A DNA stretch of 64,000 nt from NCBI GenBank assembly GCA_963716725.1, contig CAVQUB010000004.1:1-64000 (forward strand), read 5' to 3'. Positions 9,648 through 20,173 of this stretch are shown here, in pieces. The translations under genes were made by a program, and so were the position numbers. Within the stretch, counting starts at the first letter, position 1; each line of letters starts with the position of its first letter. This stretch comes from an uncultured delta proteobacterium (GTDB taxonomy: Bacteria; Myxococcota_A; Polyangia; Polyangiales; Polyangiaceae). Below the pieces are notes generated by a model that did not search any database, was not told where the DNA came from, and saw only the letters and a program-made list of their open reading frames with translations.

Positions 9648-11081
9648 TCACTGCTCTCCGGTGGTCGCGACGCAAGTGGACTTGGCGGAAGGCTGGGTGT
9701 CGATGGCCGTGACGGGCGTGCCCAGGACCCAGTCTCGGAGCGCGTCGTGCAGCGTGAGGGGAGTCCCGCCCTGGTCGGAGACGGTGGCGTTCTTCTGCGC
9801 CGCGACGCCGAACCAGGGGTTGCTCAGCAAGACGATGTGCTGTCCGCAGTTGCTGACGTGGACCCCAGGGGCTGTCGCGACCGTCTCCTCCGAGGACTGC
9901 TGAAGCGTCGGGAAGCGCAGCATGGTGGCATGGACAGCGTCTGCGAACTGTCCGAGCGTGGCGCCGCTCGGGCTGAAGTAGTTGAACTGCGCCGGGTCGG
10001 TCAGATCCTGCCGCACGAAGAAGGGTGTGGTGATGTGGTTCAGCCGGACGTGACTGCTCAGGCCGCAGAGGTGAGCATCCGCCCCGGGGTGCGCTGCCAC
10101 GCAGCTCTGATCCATGAACGAGTCTTGAAGCGCGACGAGGACATTCGCGTAGGTCTGCTTCTGACCCTGGACGTAGGCGGCTGCGATGGTCGGGTCGGCC
10201 ACGTCCTCCGGCAGCGGATCGGTGAACGAGTCGAACAGGCCCGCGACCTTCGCGCTCGGAAACTGCGCCGCCCACCAGTCGAGCAGGCCGGTTTGGCCCA
10301 CCGATCCGGCCGAGCTGCCAGAGAAGAGGATCTGTTTCGCCGAAGCGAGCGGCGGCAGCTTCTCCTGGCCGTCGTCGGAGCTGACGCCCTTCTTCAGCGC
10401 GTCGTTCACGGCCTCGACCACGCGGAAGCCCTGAAAGTGGAGCCGGAACGAGGGCCCGACCCCGGCCGGGTCGTCGAGCACGACGTCCCGCTTACGCCCT
10501 CGGTGGGTGTCCGAGCTGCAGTAGTAGACGTACACCTGATTCGCCGCGCCGAAGCCGTTCGCGGCGTTGCGAGCGAAGAGCCCGGAAGCGATTGTCGCGT
10601 CGGGGGCGTAGGTCGAGCTCATCTTCGCGGCGTCGAAGCTGGTCTCGAAGCTGCACCAGCGATCTCTGCACTCTTGCCAGCTGCCGCAGCCGCCGCCGGG
10701 TTGCAGATGGATGACCCAGCGGTCGGCAGCAGCGGCATTGCTCGCGGCACGCACGTACATGATCGCCGGCGAGCCGTCGTTGCAGAGCGCATCCGGATAT
10801 GCGGACAGCGTCACTTTGCGGAGCTCGTTTCCCGGTGCGACGCCGGTGCCCGGTGGGTCCCCGCCGGGGCACTTGCCCTCGAGTGCCTGGGCGATGAGCG
10901 GCACGCTCGAGGCACCACCCGAGCCGGCGGCGCCACCCGAGCCAGCGGCGCCACCCGAGCCAGCGGCGCCACTCGAGCCAGCGGCGCCACTCGAGCCAGC
11001 GGCGCCGTCGTTCGAGCTTTCGTTACCGCAGGCGACCAGAGCGACAACCAGCGCCGGGAGGAAGCAAGTCGAGCGAGTCAT
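9648..11081 (-). CDS. Pectin-acetylesterase/Notum-family hydrolase lipoprotein
   Basis: Lipobox LVAC, ALCNDGSPA, GGGC, YCSSD and nucleophile motif FSGSSAGS. Confidence 0.8.
   Translation of the reverse strand: MTRSTCFLPALVVALVACGNESSNDGAAGSSGAAGSSGAAGSGGAAGSGGAAGSGGASSVPLIAQALEGKCPGGDPPGTGVAPGNELRKVTLSAYPDALCNDGSPAIMYVRAASNAAAADRWVIHLQPGGGCGSWQECRDRWCSFETSFDAAKMSSTYAPDATIASGLFARNAANGFGAANQVYVYYCSSDTHRGRKRDVVLDDPAGVGPSFRLHFQGFRVVEAVNDALKKGVSSDDGQEKLPPLASAKQILFSGSSAGSVGQTGLLDWWAAQFPSAKVAGLFDSFTDPLPEDVADPTIAAAYVQGQKQTYANVLVALQDSFMDQSCVAAHPGADAHLCGLSSHVRLNHITTPFFVRQDLTDPAQFNYFSPSGATLGQFADAVHATMLRFPTLQQSSEETVATAPGVHVSNCGQHIVLLSNPWFGVAAQKNATVSDQGGTPLTLHDALRDWVLGTPVTAIDTQPSAKSTCVATTGEQ
10912..11007 (-). 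repeat. 18-bp coding tandem repeat (about 5 copies) encoding GAAGS(S/G) linker
   Basis: Plus-strand units such as gccacccgagccagcggc / gccactcgagccagcggc repeated in tandem. Confidence 0.85.
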
Positions 11082-11275
11082 CGCCTGATTTGCGCCCGTG
11101 CGCCGCGAGCTTGTCAATCGCTATCACGTCCCAAGGGGCGTCCCTGGCTTGGCGTTTCGCGCGCGAAGGCCCCGAAGCGCCGGTCTCCCTTCCGCCGGTC
11201 GCCGCACCGCCGAGCGGCGCGTTACCGCCGCTTCCAACGGAGGGCTCGAGGTGACCGCGGGGGCGCTCGGATTAC

Positions 11276-11803
11276 CTACTGGCGTTTGCAGTGCTTACGG
11301 ACACGCGCGGCCACGAAACCGAGTCCCAGCAGAAGCGCGAGTCCGTAGGGCGTCGTGTTCGCCGAGCCCGTCGTCGAGCAGCCGCCATCGCTGTCGGGAG
11401 CGATTCAGAGCCGAGGGACCAGAGCGTCGTACCCGTCCTTGTCCTCCCCAGCCTTGTGGATCACCCCCGGGTAGATCCCGATGATGTCGAGCAAGACGCT
11501 CTTCGGATGGTTATTCGCGGCGTGCTCGTAGGCGGCCTCGATCTTTCTCCAGTCTTCGCCAAAGGCCTCTGCACGTTCGAGCAACAGACCGTGGGTCTGC
11601 TCGAAAATGAGGCGCTCGCGCTTCATGCGCACCACGCCCAGCGGCGGTCGGCTGCCGGTTTCGAGGCGATCCGGCGCGAAGGATATCGGCGGCGCGCTGC
11701 TGGTCGTCAGCATCCCGGCGGAGAGCGCGCCTATCACGCCGACCACGGCCAATCCCCAGCCGAAGACTGTCCGCACGATGGAGCGTCGGGCAGGTTCGCC
11801 CAT
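11276..11803 (-). pseudogene. Hypothetical membrane/secreted protein with in-frame TGA just before a MYXO-CTERM-like sorting tail
   Basis: ORF 11405..11803 stops at TGA, and the same frame continues IAPDSDGGCSTTGSANTTPYGLALLLGLGFVAARVRKHCKRQ* to TAG 11276-11278. Confidence 0.45.
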
Positions 11804-11888
11804 GCCTTATCCGCCCATGGTGTCACGATTCGCGCCGGTGCCGCCGCGCCATGGCGCGGCATGAGCATCGCGCTCGCGCACGCTCAGA

Positions 11889-12632
11889 TCAGATCGGCCG
11901 CTGCTCGGCCGGCAGCGCCTCGATGATCGCGTCGCGGATGGTGGCGATGTGATCGTCCATGCCCGCCTCGCTCCAGCCCTCGGTGGAGATCGGCGGCAGA
12001 AAGACGATGCGCACCTTCGACGGGCGCAGCTGGAGCGTCGACTTCTGCCAGGCGTCCTGCAGGCCGATGGTGACCATGGGCACGATGGGCAGCCCGGTCT
12101 GGATCGCGAGGTGCACGATGCCCTTCTTGAACTCGAGCAGGCGCCCGTCTCGCGAGCGGGTGCCCTCCGGCAGGATGCACACGTGCAGGCCGTGATGGCG
12201 GATCAACTCGCCCGTGCGCCGAAGCGACGCCTTGGCCTTCGCTGTGCGCTTGCGATCGACGAACAGGTGGCCTGCCAGCCACCACGCTTGTCCGTAGAAC
12301 GGGTAGTAGAAGACTTCCTTTTTCGCCACGCCCACCGTGCCCGAGGGCGTCAGCCAAATCGTGGTGAACGCGTCGAGCAGGGAGGTGTGGTTGCAGGCGT
12401 AGATGGCGGGTCGGTCGGCGCTCACGTGCTCGAGGCCCTCGACCGTGATCTCGCTGCCCGCACACCACATCACGCTGCGGCCGATCCAGTTGCCGAAGAC
12501 GTTGGTCACGCGGATGCGGCCGACGCGCCAAGGCAAGAGCGTGACCAAGATCGGAGTCATCGTCGCCACCAGCGCGCCGGTGGCAGCGAGTCCAGCGCCG
12601 ACGCGCAGCAGGCTCAGGGGATCGAGCTTCAT
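11889..12632 (-). CDS. plsC: 1-acyl-sn-glycerol-3-phosphate acyltransferase (PlsC family)
   Basis: NHTSLLD (HX4D), PEGTRS and FKKG motifs. Confidence 0.88.
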   Translation of the reverse strand: MKLDPLSLLRVGAGLAATGALVATMTPILVTLLPWRVGRIRVTNVFGNWIGRSVMWCAGSEITVEGLEHVSADRPAIYACNHTSLLDAFTTIWLTPSGTVGVAKKEVFYYPFYGQAWWLAGHLFVDRKRTAKAKASLRRTGELIRHHGLHVCILPEGTRSRDGRLLEFKKGIVHLAIQTGLPIVPMVTIGLQDAWQKSTLQLRPSKVRIVFLPPISTEGWSEAGMDDHIATIRDAIIEALPAEQRPI

Positions 12633-12829
12633 TGTCGGCGGCGGGGCGGCGGGGGCCGCGCAGCCTAGCCCGAGTCTGCGTCGCGTGGTGTCGCTTCGTT
12701 GCGACCGCTAGAAATTCCGAGAAAGGTGACGATCTCGCGCGCTGCTTGGGCGTGAGTTGTTGCCGCAGGTCCAGGCGCCCGCCACACCTTTTTGCTGACC
12801 CGGTCGCCCCGAAAGCGCAGTCTTGGCCC

Positions 12830-13462
12830 ATGAACCCGGCGCCCTGGGGCCTCGCGCTCGTTCTCTCGGCTGGCTGCGCGAGCCCCGCCCCGATCTCCCG
12901 CCCCATGTCGGCGCCACCGCCGGATCCCGCGCCCGCGCCCGCGGCCCCGACCTCGTCCGCAGCGCCGACGGTCAGCGTCGCAGAGGTCTCGGCTCCCGCT
13001 CCCACGAACCCGCCCCCTCCGCCATCGCCACCGCAGGAGCCGATCAAGGCCACCGCGAAGATCGAGCTGCGCATGTCGGCCTCGGTGGTGGTGGGCGAGT
13101 CGATCCCCATCGAGCTGGTCAACATCGACGATCACGACCACGCGTTCTGGCTCCCACCGGCGTCGAACGGCTGCGGCGCGTTCAGCTTCGAAGTGACGTT
13201 CACCAACGGGGGCAAGACCTACCGTGAAGACCGCTCGAACGTCGGCTGCGGTCAGGGGCTGGTCCCCGGTCGCTGGTTCGTCATCGAGAAGGGCGCGAGT
13301 TCGAAGTTCGATCAGCCAACGGACATGCCGGTGCTCGCGGGGGGCGCGAAGCCGCCGCCTCTCGGCGTCGCGGGCAAGACCTTGGCGCCGGGCAAGTACG
13401 AGCTGAAGCTCACCGGCGCTGACATTTCGGTGCGCGGGACCGTCACGCTGGTCGCGCCGTAG
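12830..13462 (+). CDS. Hypothetical Pro-rich lipoprotein with Ig-like C-terminal domain
   Basis: MNPAPWGLALVLSAGC lipobox, Pro-rich linker, beta-rich tail ending LAPGKYELKL. Confidence 0.6.
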   Translation: MNPAPWGLALVLSAGCASPAPISRPMSAPPPDPAPAPAAPTSSAAPTVSVAEVSAPAPTNPPPPPSPPQEPIKATAKIELRMSASVVVGESIPIELVNIDDHDHAFWLPPASNGCGAFSFEVTFTNGGKTYREDRSNVGCGQGLVPGRWFVIEKGASSKFDQPTDMPVLAGGAKPPPLGVAGKTLAPGKYELKLTGADISVRGTVTLVAP

Positions 13463-13497
13463 TATTCCGGGCTCGAGAACCGAGTATGCTGGACGCC

Positions 13498-14190
13498 GTG
13501 CCTCGCATTCTCCGCATGCTCGCCTCGTCGTTCCTCGCGATTGCCTGTGCCGGCTCCCCGCCGGGGTCTCAGCCTTCGCCGGTCGGCGAGCCCGACCCGC
13601 CGCCGGCGAGCCCGACCGCCGCCGTCGAACTCGAGCCACCGAGCGACGCGAGCGCAAGCATCGACCAGAACCCGGACGCTGGCAGCGAAGCCGCAACACC
13701 AGAGTCCGCCGACGCAGGCGCCGCCGACGCCAAGCCAATCACCTGCTCCGAGGCGGCGGACTACGTGCCCTACGTGGTCGATCTCGGCCCGAACGAAAAC
13801 AGCGCAGCGATGGGGCCGCGGGAGAAGAGCCCGAGCGATGAGGGGCGGCCCATCCGCGCGAAGCTGACGGCGCTGTCCGCGCCGAAGGAGTTCGACGCCT
13901 TCAACTTCGCGACCTACCTGCCGCACTACGTCGCGCAGGCGTACCAAGAAGCGCTCGTCCGACGCCCCGGTCTCCGCGGGAGCGTGACCATCACGCTGTT
14001 GCTCGACGAGTCCGGCAAGGCGACCAAGGTCACGGTCCAAGCGCCCGGGTTTCCAGCGTCGTTCGTGGACGAGGTGCGCGAGCGAGCCGACACGACCCAC
14101 GTCGTGTGTCCGCCGGTGCCGGCACCTGTGAAGGTGCGGGCCACGATCACGCTGGCGCCGCGCACGATCCGAGTTCCAGGGCGGCGCTGA
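13498..14190 (+). CDS. Hypothetical lipoprotein with AgmX/TonB-C-like C-terminal domain
   Basis: Lipobox LAIAC; YQEALVRRPGLRGSVTITLLLDESGKATKV resembles AgmX/PglI/TonB-C domains. Start GTG 13498 chosen from the upstream TATGCT box. Confidence 0.55.
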   Translation: MPRILRMLASSFLAIACAGSPPGSQPSPVGEPDPPPASPTAAVELEPPSDASASIDQNPDAGSEAATPESADAGAADAKPITCSEAADYVPYVVDLGPNENSAAMGPREKSPSDEGRPIRAKLTALSAPKEFDAFNFATYLPHYVAQAYQEALVRRPGLRGSVTITLLLDESGKATKVTVQAPGFPASFVDEVRERADTTHVVCPPVPAPVKVRATITLAPRTIRVPGRR

Positions 14191-14208
14191 AGGAGCCGGC
14201 CGACGGGT

Positions 14209-14910
14209 TCAGGGCGGCCGACGAGGAGAGGTCGCGAAGTAGAGCCAGTTGGTCTCCTCGTCATTCAGCATCTCGTTCATGAAGTCGATGGGTTCGACCT
14301 TCACGCGCTCGAACACGTTCCGCAGCACCTGTTCGAATTCCTGGCTCTCGTCGGAAGACCAGACAGCCAGTACTCCCCCGGGCGCGAGGTGCGCGGCGCA
14401 GGCATCGAGCCCCGCCTCGCCGTAGAAGGGCACGCTCACCTCGCCGAGCCGCCGATCGGGGGACGTGTCCACGTCCAGCAAGATCACGTCGTGGCGAAGT
14501 TCGGGCGGAGCGAGGAGTCGGCGATAGACATCATCTTGGGTGATGGTCAGCCGCGGGTCCCCGCGCAGCTCGGCGGCGAGGGGGATCAACCCTCGCTCGA
14601 GCCAGCCGATGACCTGTGGCAGGAGTTCCACGACCTCGACCCGCGCAGCGCGTGGCGAGGCGAGGGCCGATTGGGCCGTGTAGCCCAGGCCCAGGCCCCC
14701 GATCAGGACGCCCAGCCCGCTGCCCCCGTGCAACTCGAGGGCGCGATCCGCCAGCGCGCGCTCCGAAGCCGTGACCAAGCTGCTCATCAAGAACTGGTGA
14801 TCGACGGTGATCTCGAAGGCGCTCTCGCCGGGAGACGACGCCACTTCGCGGCGACGCAGGCAGATCATGCCGATGGGGCTCTCTTCGGCCGCGATGATCT
14901 CGAAGCTCAT
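14209..14910 (-). CDS. Spermidine-synthase-like SAM-dependent protein
   Basis: VLIGGLGLGYT Rossmann motif, DVILLDVD, LAPGGVLAVWS. Confidence 0.8.
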   Translation of the reverse strand: MSFEIIAAEESPIGMICLRRREVASSPGESAFEITVDHQFLMSSLVTASERALADRALELHGGSGLGVLIGGLGLGYTAQSALASPRAARVEVVELLPQVIGWLERGLIPLAAELRGDPRLTITQDDVYRRLLAPPELRHDVILLDVDTSPDRRLGEVSVPFYGEAGLDACAAHLAPGGVLAVWSSDESQEFEQVLRNVFERVKVEPIDFMNEMLNDEETNWLYFATSPRRPP

Positions 14911-15490
14911 GCGCCTTCGCTCTCTTCTTCACGCAAGCGGATCGGTCCGAACTTCTCGGGGTGGCGCGCGGTTGGATTGGACTCGCCGTAGAACGCCCGC
15001 AGCCGATCCATGTCCGCTCGCACATCGCCCGTGAGCTCGATGGGAGCGCCGAACCCGCCTTGCTTCTTTCGGTAGCACAGGAACCCTGGCACGACCGGGA
15101 CCTTGGCACCCTGGGCGATGCGATAGAAGCCGGACTTCCAGTACTCGGCGCGGCTGCGGGTGCCCTCCGGCGGGATCACCAGGTAGAAGTCTTCCCGGCG
15201 CGCGAACTCGTCGACCATCTGTCCCACCATGCCGTGAGCCTGACTGCGGTCGATGGGCACGCCTCCAACGCTGCGCACCACGATGCCCATCGGGGGCTTG
15301 CCCCAGGTATCCTTGACCATCCACGACATGTTCATGCCCACCGACTTGGCGAGCAATACGAGCAAGAGCCCGTCCATGTTGTCGGTGTGAGGCGTTGCCA
15401 GGCACACCGCGCGTCGGGGCTCGGGGATTGCTCCCACGAAGCGCCAGCCGCCCAGCGCCCGCAAGGTGGCCCGGGCGATCCGGGCCTGCA
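14907..15490 (-). CDS. PlsC-like acyltransferase
   Basis: PHTDNMD, GGVPIDRS, PEGTRS, WKSGFY motifs; start uncertain. Confidence 0.85.
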
Positions 15491-15556
15491 TGGAGTTTCG
15501 ATCGCCGCGCTCGGCCATGTTGTGGGCCGGGAGTATACTCACGGGGTGGTGGCGGC

Positions 15557-15867
15557 ATGAAGCACCCAATTCTGGCCGCGGTCATCGACCGGCTCGGCGC
15601 CGAGCCACCGGGGCGCTTTCCCGGGGCGATGCTCGGCCTGAGCAACCGCTGCAACTGACCCATGCGCACTGCCTCGTCCACACCGATGGCAACTCGAGGG
15701 GACGGTTCACCAATCCAAAGTGCTGCTACGGCAACAACGCTGACTGCGATGGCTGCGGCGGCTGGGTGGTGTTCGCGCAGGCGGCCCAATTGCCGGGACC
15801 ATGGGACGCGGTCGTGCCGCCGAGCAGCGAGCCCGGGCGACTCAACATGTACTTCATGACCGGCTGA
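15557..15867 (+). pseudogene. Radical SAM protein relic (frameshift plus large internal deletion)
   Basis: MKHPILAAV...GLSNRCN then, after a 1-nt shift, (L)THAHCLVHTDGN (degenerate CxxxCxxC), joined directly to a Cys-rich C-terminal CCYGNNADCDGCGGWVVF. Confidence 0.5.
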
Positions 15868-15881
15868 GCTACGCTCGCGCT

Positions 15882-18089
15882 GTGGTGGGTCGGTCGAGCT
15901 GGATTGCTGTCTGCTTGCTGGCGCTCGGCTGCGGCGACGACGAGCGCGCGGCATCGGGAGTCGAGGTGCCCTTCCACCTGCCGCCGACTGGGCTGCCGAG
16001 CTTTGGCGAGGTCCCCTGGCCCAGCGATCTGTACCTCGACGAATCGGGATCGGTGGGCGAGATCCCCGGCCTCGAGCGCGTGGCGTCGGAGTACTCGTCG
16101 ATCCAGCGCGGTCTGTCCGCCCTCGACGGCTTCGGGCGCTCGACCGGCGCGCTGTTCTTCGTGCAGGCCCCCATCGATCCGGCGAGCCTTCCTCGGACTT
16201 GGGACGAGGCGGTCGACTGGAGCGCGAGCGCGCGCATCGTGGACGTGGATCCGAAGTCGCCGCGCTGGGGTCAGCGCTATCCGGCCTACGGCAAGGCGCT
16301 GCCGTCGCTGGGGGCCATCGCCGTGATCCCGGCGCCGGGCGTGGTGTTGCCGCCGGCGGTGCGCCACGCGGTCGTGCTCACGTCGCTCGTGCACACCCTC
16401 GAAGGTGCGCCGCTCGCGGCCGACCCGAAGCTCGTCGCGCTGGTCGATTCGGCGCGGTCTTCCGGGGCGGCACGGCTCTACGGGGACGCGATGGACGCGG
16501 TGGTCGCCAGCGGCGGCGTCGACGATCGCGAAGAGATCGCGTCCCTCGCGGTATTCCGAACCTCGAACCGCGTGAGCGAACTCCCGGAGCTGCGAGCCCG
16601 GCTGCGTGACCTGCCCGAACCCGCGCTCTTGCTCGGCGACGGCGCGCTGCCCTACACCTCTCGGGTCTTCGGCGTCGCCAGCGAAGTGACGCTGACGGAG
16701 TGGCTCGGGACGCCAGATCGGGACGAGTCTGGTGTCGAGTGGCCGGGGGGCGACAACGCGGGAGGCATCGCTCACGATCAAATCGCGGCGGTCGCACACG
16801 GAGCCTTCGTCGCACCCTCGTTCATCGATGCCGCCTCGTCGTCGTTCGAAAAAGACGCGAGCGGTCAGTACCGTCTGGCCGACGCGAAGGCGACCATCCC
16901 GGTCACGCTGGTGATCCCGAAGCAGCCGGCGCCCGCCAGCGGCTATCCGGTCGTGATCAACGGTCATGGGCTCTCGAACGATCGTGGCAGCATGCTCTCG
17001 GTCGCCAACGAGCTGTGCCGCGCTGGCTTCGTGGTGATCGGAATCGACGACGTCTTGCATGGTGCCCGCGCGGGGATCGCCGACGAGATCAATAATTTCC
17101 CGGGCAGCTACCAGGGACCGGATGGCATCCCCGACCTGAAGCCCTTGCCGCTGAAGTTCTTCGCGGGCTTCTCGGATTTCGTGGCGGTGCGCGACAACTT
17201 CCGACAGACGGTGCTCGATCAGACCAGCCTGGTCCGGCTGATCCAGAGCTCGAAGCTCGACCTCTCACCGCTCGCCGCGGCGACCGGCGGCGCGACGCCG
17301 AAGCTCGATCAGGCGCGCATCTTCTGGAACGGCGGATCCCTGGGCGGGATCATGGGAACGATGACGCTGGCGGTCGAGCCGGAGATCCGCGGCGCGGCGC
17401 TTCAGGTCCCCGGCGCGAGCTTCGTGCAGCTCATCACCACCAGCTCCGCCAAGGTGGCGCCGCTGGTCACGACCATCGCCAGCACGGCCTTCGGCGTGCA
17501 GGGTGACGAGGTGGTCGACGAGTTCCACCCGGTGGCGCTGCTCTTGTCGATGGTCACCGAATCGGGCGACCCCATCGCCTACGCGCCGCACGTGATGGGC
17601 GACCCGATCTCGGGTCGAGCGCCGCCCGACCTGATGATCACCTACGCGGTCGGCGACGAGGTGCTGCCCAACATCGCCACGATCGCGCTCATGCGCGCCA
17701 TGGGCGTCGAACTGGCGACGCCGACCCTGGTCGAAGTCCCAGGCCTCCGGGAGCGCGCCAGCCCGGTCAGCGGCAACGTGCACGGCCGCACGGCCGCCGC
17801 GGTGCAATACTCACCCGCGAACCACGCCCTCGGTTACAACCGCTTCGATGTGCGCGAGTTCTTGCCCGGCGTTCCCCACGCCGGGGACGATCGCTTTCCG
17901 CGACTGCCGGCCTCGTTCTCCATCGAGATGCCGGTCCGTGAGCACGCTCGGCAGCTCGCGAAGTTCTTCTCGACGGCTCTGGCGGGCAAGGCCGTGATCG
18001 AGGTCACATCGCCGCCGCGCGCTGACTTCGACGGCGACGGCGCGCTTGACGTCGACGACGCCAAGCCGCTCGATCCGAAGGCGAAGTGA
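15882..18089 (+). CDS. Lipoprotein with lipase-N-terminal-like domain and alpha/beta-hydrolase fold
   Basis: Lipobox LALGC, VPWPSD, LDGFG, PVVINGHGL and GGSLGG nucleophile elbow; GTG start 6 nt after TACGCT. Confidence 0.72.
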   Translation: MVGRSSWIAVCLLALGCGDDERAASGVEVPFHLPPTGLPSFGEVPWPSDLYLDESGSVGEIPGLERVASEYSSIQRGLSALDGFGRSTGALFFVQAPIDPASLPRTWDEAVDWSASARIVDVDPKSPRWGQRYPAYGKALPSLGAIAVIPAPGVVLPPAVRHAVVLTSLVHTLEGAPLAADPKLVALVDSARSSGAARLYGDAMDAVVASGGVDDREEIASLAVFRTSNRVSELPELRARLRDLPEPALLLGDGALPYTSRVFGVASEVTLTEWLGTPDRDESGVEWPGGDNAGGIAHDQIAAVAHGAFVAPSFIDAASSSFEKDASGQYRLADAKATIPVTLVIPKQPAPASGYPVVINGHGLSNDRGSMLSVANELCRAGFVVIGIDDVLHGARAGIADEINNFPGSYQGPDGIPDLKPLPLKFFAGFSDFVAVRDNFRQTVLDQTSLVRLIQSSKLDLSPLAAATGGATPKLDQARIFWNGGSLGGIMGTMTLAVEPEIRGAALQVPGASFVQLITTSSAKVAPLVTTIASTAFGVQGDEVVDEFHPVALLLSMVTESGDPIAYAPHVMGDPISGRAPPDLMITYAVGDEVLPNIATIALMRAMGVELATPTLVEVPGLRERASPVSGNVHGRTAAAVQYSPANHALGYNRFDVREFLPGVPHAGDDRFPRLPASFSIEMPVREHARQLAKFFSTALAGKAVIEVTSPPRADFDGDGALDVDDAKPLDPKAK

Positions 18090-18356
18090 GCGCGCGGTCC
18101 CACGTCGAGCTCGACCGCGTAGTGCCACCGCTCGCAGTTCTCGGCGCGCTCCACCTCGACCATGCTCGGATCGCCGCCGCCTTCTGCCTGAAGCTGCCAG
18201 CGACCTTCGGGCAGGGCCATGGTCGCGCAGGAACGCCCCTGCCGCTCGCGATGGTCATCACTGACTGTCCGATCTCGAGCAGCTCGGCGCCGCGCGTCAG
18301 CCTCCGCGGGCTCGTCGCACGCTGCCGCGGGTGGCGCAAGACGACGCGGGGATCGA

Positions 18357-20024
18357 TCAGCTGATGGAGACGGACTCGGCAGCGAGGGTCTTGCGATGCG
18401 CCAAGTCGATGGCGACGGTCTGGTCGCTGATGGGGCGAGCCGCCTGCTTTCGTTGTTTCGAAAGGAGCGGGCCGTACTCGTCCCACCACCGGCGGGCGTC
18501 CTGCTCGCTCCACGCGGGCGTCAGCGCGCAGGCTTCGATGCGCGCGCGGAGCTCCGCGGCGCTGCCGGGCCGCCCGCTCGGATCCTTGGCCAGGCAATCG
18601 AGGATCAGGCGCTCGAACTCAGCGGGCACGGGGCCGTCGAGCCGCTCGGAGGGCGGGACTGGCGCGCTGTGTAGGTGGTGGCTGCACACCTCGACCACGC
18701 TCGTCCCGCCAAACACGTGCTGGCCAGTCAGCAAGAAATAGCCCACCGCGCCCAGCGCATAGAGGTCGGCGCGGCCGTCGACCGAGTCCGGCGCCGTGAT
18801 CGCCTCCGGCGCCATGTACTGTGGGGTGCCCGTGATCGAGTTGGCCTGGGTCACTGCCTCGCCGCCGTGGGCGTCGAGCTGCTTGACCAACCCGAAGTCG
18901 AGTACCTTCACGACGTCCGGCAGCCCACCCCGCTCGCACAGCATGATGTTCGCCGGCTTGATGTCACGATGCACGACGCCGGCGCCGTGGGCTTCCGCCA
19001 AGGCGCTCGCGACGTCGCGCAGGATCCGCGCCACCCTTGCCGCCGGCACGGGACCGCTGAGCTCGACCACGTCGACCAGCGTCGCCCCGTCGATGAGCTC
19101 CATGGCGTAGTAGAAGACGCCGTCGGGAGTGCGCCCGTAGTCGTAGACGGTGATGGTGTTGGGATGGGTGAGTTTGGCAGTGAGCTGCACCTCCCGCTCG
19201 AAGCGCGCCAGCGCGTGGGCGCCCATCTTGTCGGGGGGCAGGAGCTTGATGGCCGTGGGCCGGCGCAACAGCGTGTGACTCGCGCGGTACACCACCCCCA
19301 TCCCGCCTTCACCGATCTGTTCCTCGAGCACGTACTGGCCGAGCCGTCGTACGCTCCTGACCTCGCGGCGCAGTCCGTAGATCACCCTCGAGGCAAAGGT
19401 GCAGATCGCCGTCGCGGCCGTCCACCATCCGGCCTCGAATACCGTCATCAGCACCGCCACTTCCAGCTTCGAGAGCGCGGCGACGCCCGGATCGATCGCC
19501 GCCCAGGGCCTGAAATCGTAGCTGAAATAGGTCACGAAGGTGACGATCAGGAGCGGCACTCCGGCGGCCCCGGTCAGGATCAGCGTGCGCCGCGCGGTAC
19601 TGGGCACGTAGACCGCTCGGGCGACGAGGGAGAAGGTGAGCGCGAGCGCGACGATCAACTCCGGGCGCGAGGGCAGCGGGGTGTAGTAGCCCATCAGCTC
19701 GAGAGAGAGACATGCGGAGAGGAAGGCGGCGGACTCGACGGTGCGGACGAATCGTACCGAGCGCAGAGCGCCGCGGTTGAGGAACCACGCCGAGAATAAG
19801 GCCAGGGTCGCCGCCGCGTGGGCCAGCATCGAGGGCTCCCACAGCGAGTCGCGCGCGGCTGCGAATAAGATCAACGACGTTCGCAGCAGCAGGAACCCGA
19901 GGGAAACGCAGCCGCCGAGCAGACCTGCCAGGGCCACGCGCCGTTGCAAGAACGCGACATCGGTCGTGGTCCCGGAGTGGGTGTCGGTCGCGTTCGCGCG
20001 CTGGGAAAGGGCCGTGTTCGACAT
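18357..20024 (-). CDS. Membrane-anchored Hanks-type Ser/Thr protein kinase
   Basis: Several N-terminal hydrophobic helices; IGEGGMGVVY, AIK, HRDIKPAN, DFGL, GTPQYMAPE motifs. Confidence 0.93.
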   Translation of the reverse strand: MSNTALSQRANATDTHSGTTTDVAFLQRRVALAGLLGGCVSLGFLLLRTSLILFAAARDSLWEPSMLAHAAATLALFSAWFLNRGALRSVRFVRTVESAAFLSACLSLELMGYYTPLPSRPELIVALALTFSLVARAVYVPSTARRTLILTGAAGVPLLIVTFVTYFSYDFRPWAAIDPGVAALSKLEVAVLMTVFEAGWWTAATAICTFASRVIYGLRREVRSVRRLGQYVLEEQIGEGGMGVVYRASHTLLRRPTAIKLLPPDKMGAHALARFEREVQLTAKLTHPNTITVYDYGRTPDGVFYYAMELIDGATLVDVVELSGPVPAARVARILRDVASALAEAHGAGVVHRDIKPANIMLCERGGLPDVVKVLDFGLVKQLDAHGGEAVTQANSITGTPQYMAPEAITAPDSVDGRADLYALGAVGYFLLTGQHVFGGTSVVEVCSHHLHSAPVPPSERLDGPVPAEFERLILDCLAKDPSGRPGSAAELRARIEACALTPAWSEQDARRWWDEYGPLLSKQRKQAARPISDQTVAIDLAHRKTLAAESVSIS

Positions 20025-20173
20025 AGCTGCTGCCGCAACCCGGGCGAAGCTAGAGCGTCCATCCTTCCGATGGAACACTGCCCGCGTGGAATTCGGGTCC
20101 TTGCCCCGTCACGCCGGCCGTTTCGACCGATGGCAACCGCTCGCGCACTCGGCGGGCGGTCTCGAGGTCGAAG

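Noticed and set aside
18086..18364. Short ORFs between the hydrolase and the kinase
   Set aside because: No recognisable motif on either strand; cannot be supported as a gene.
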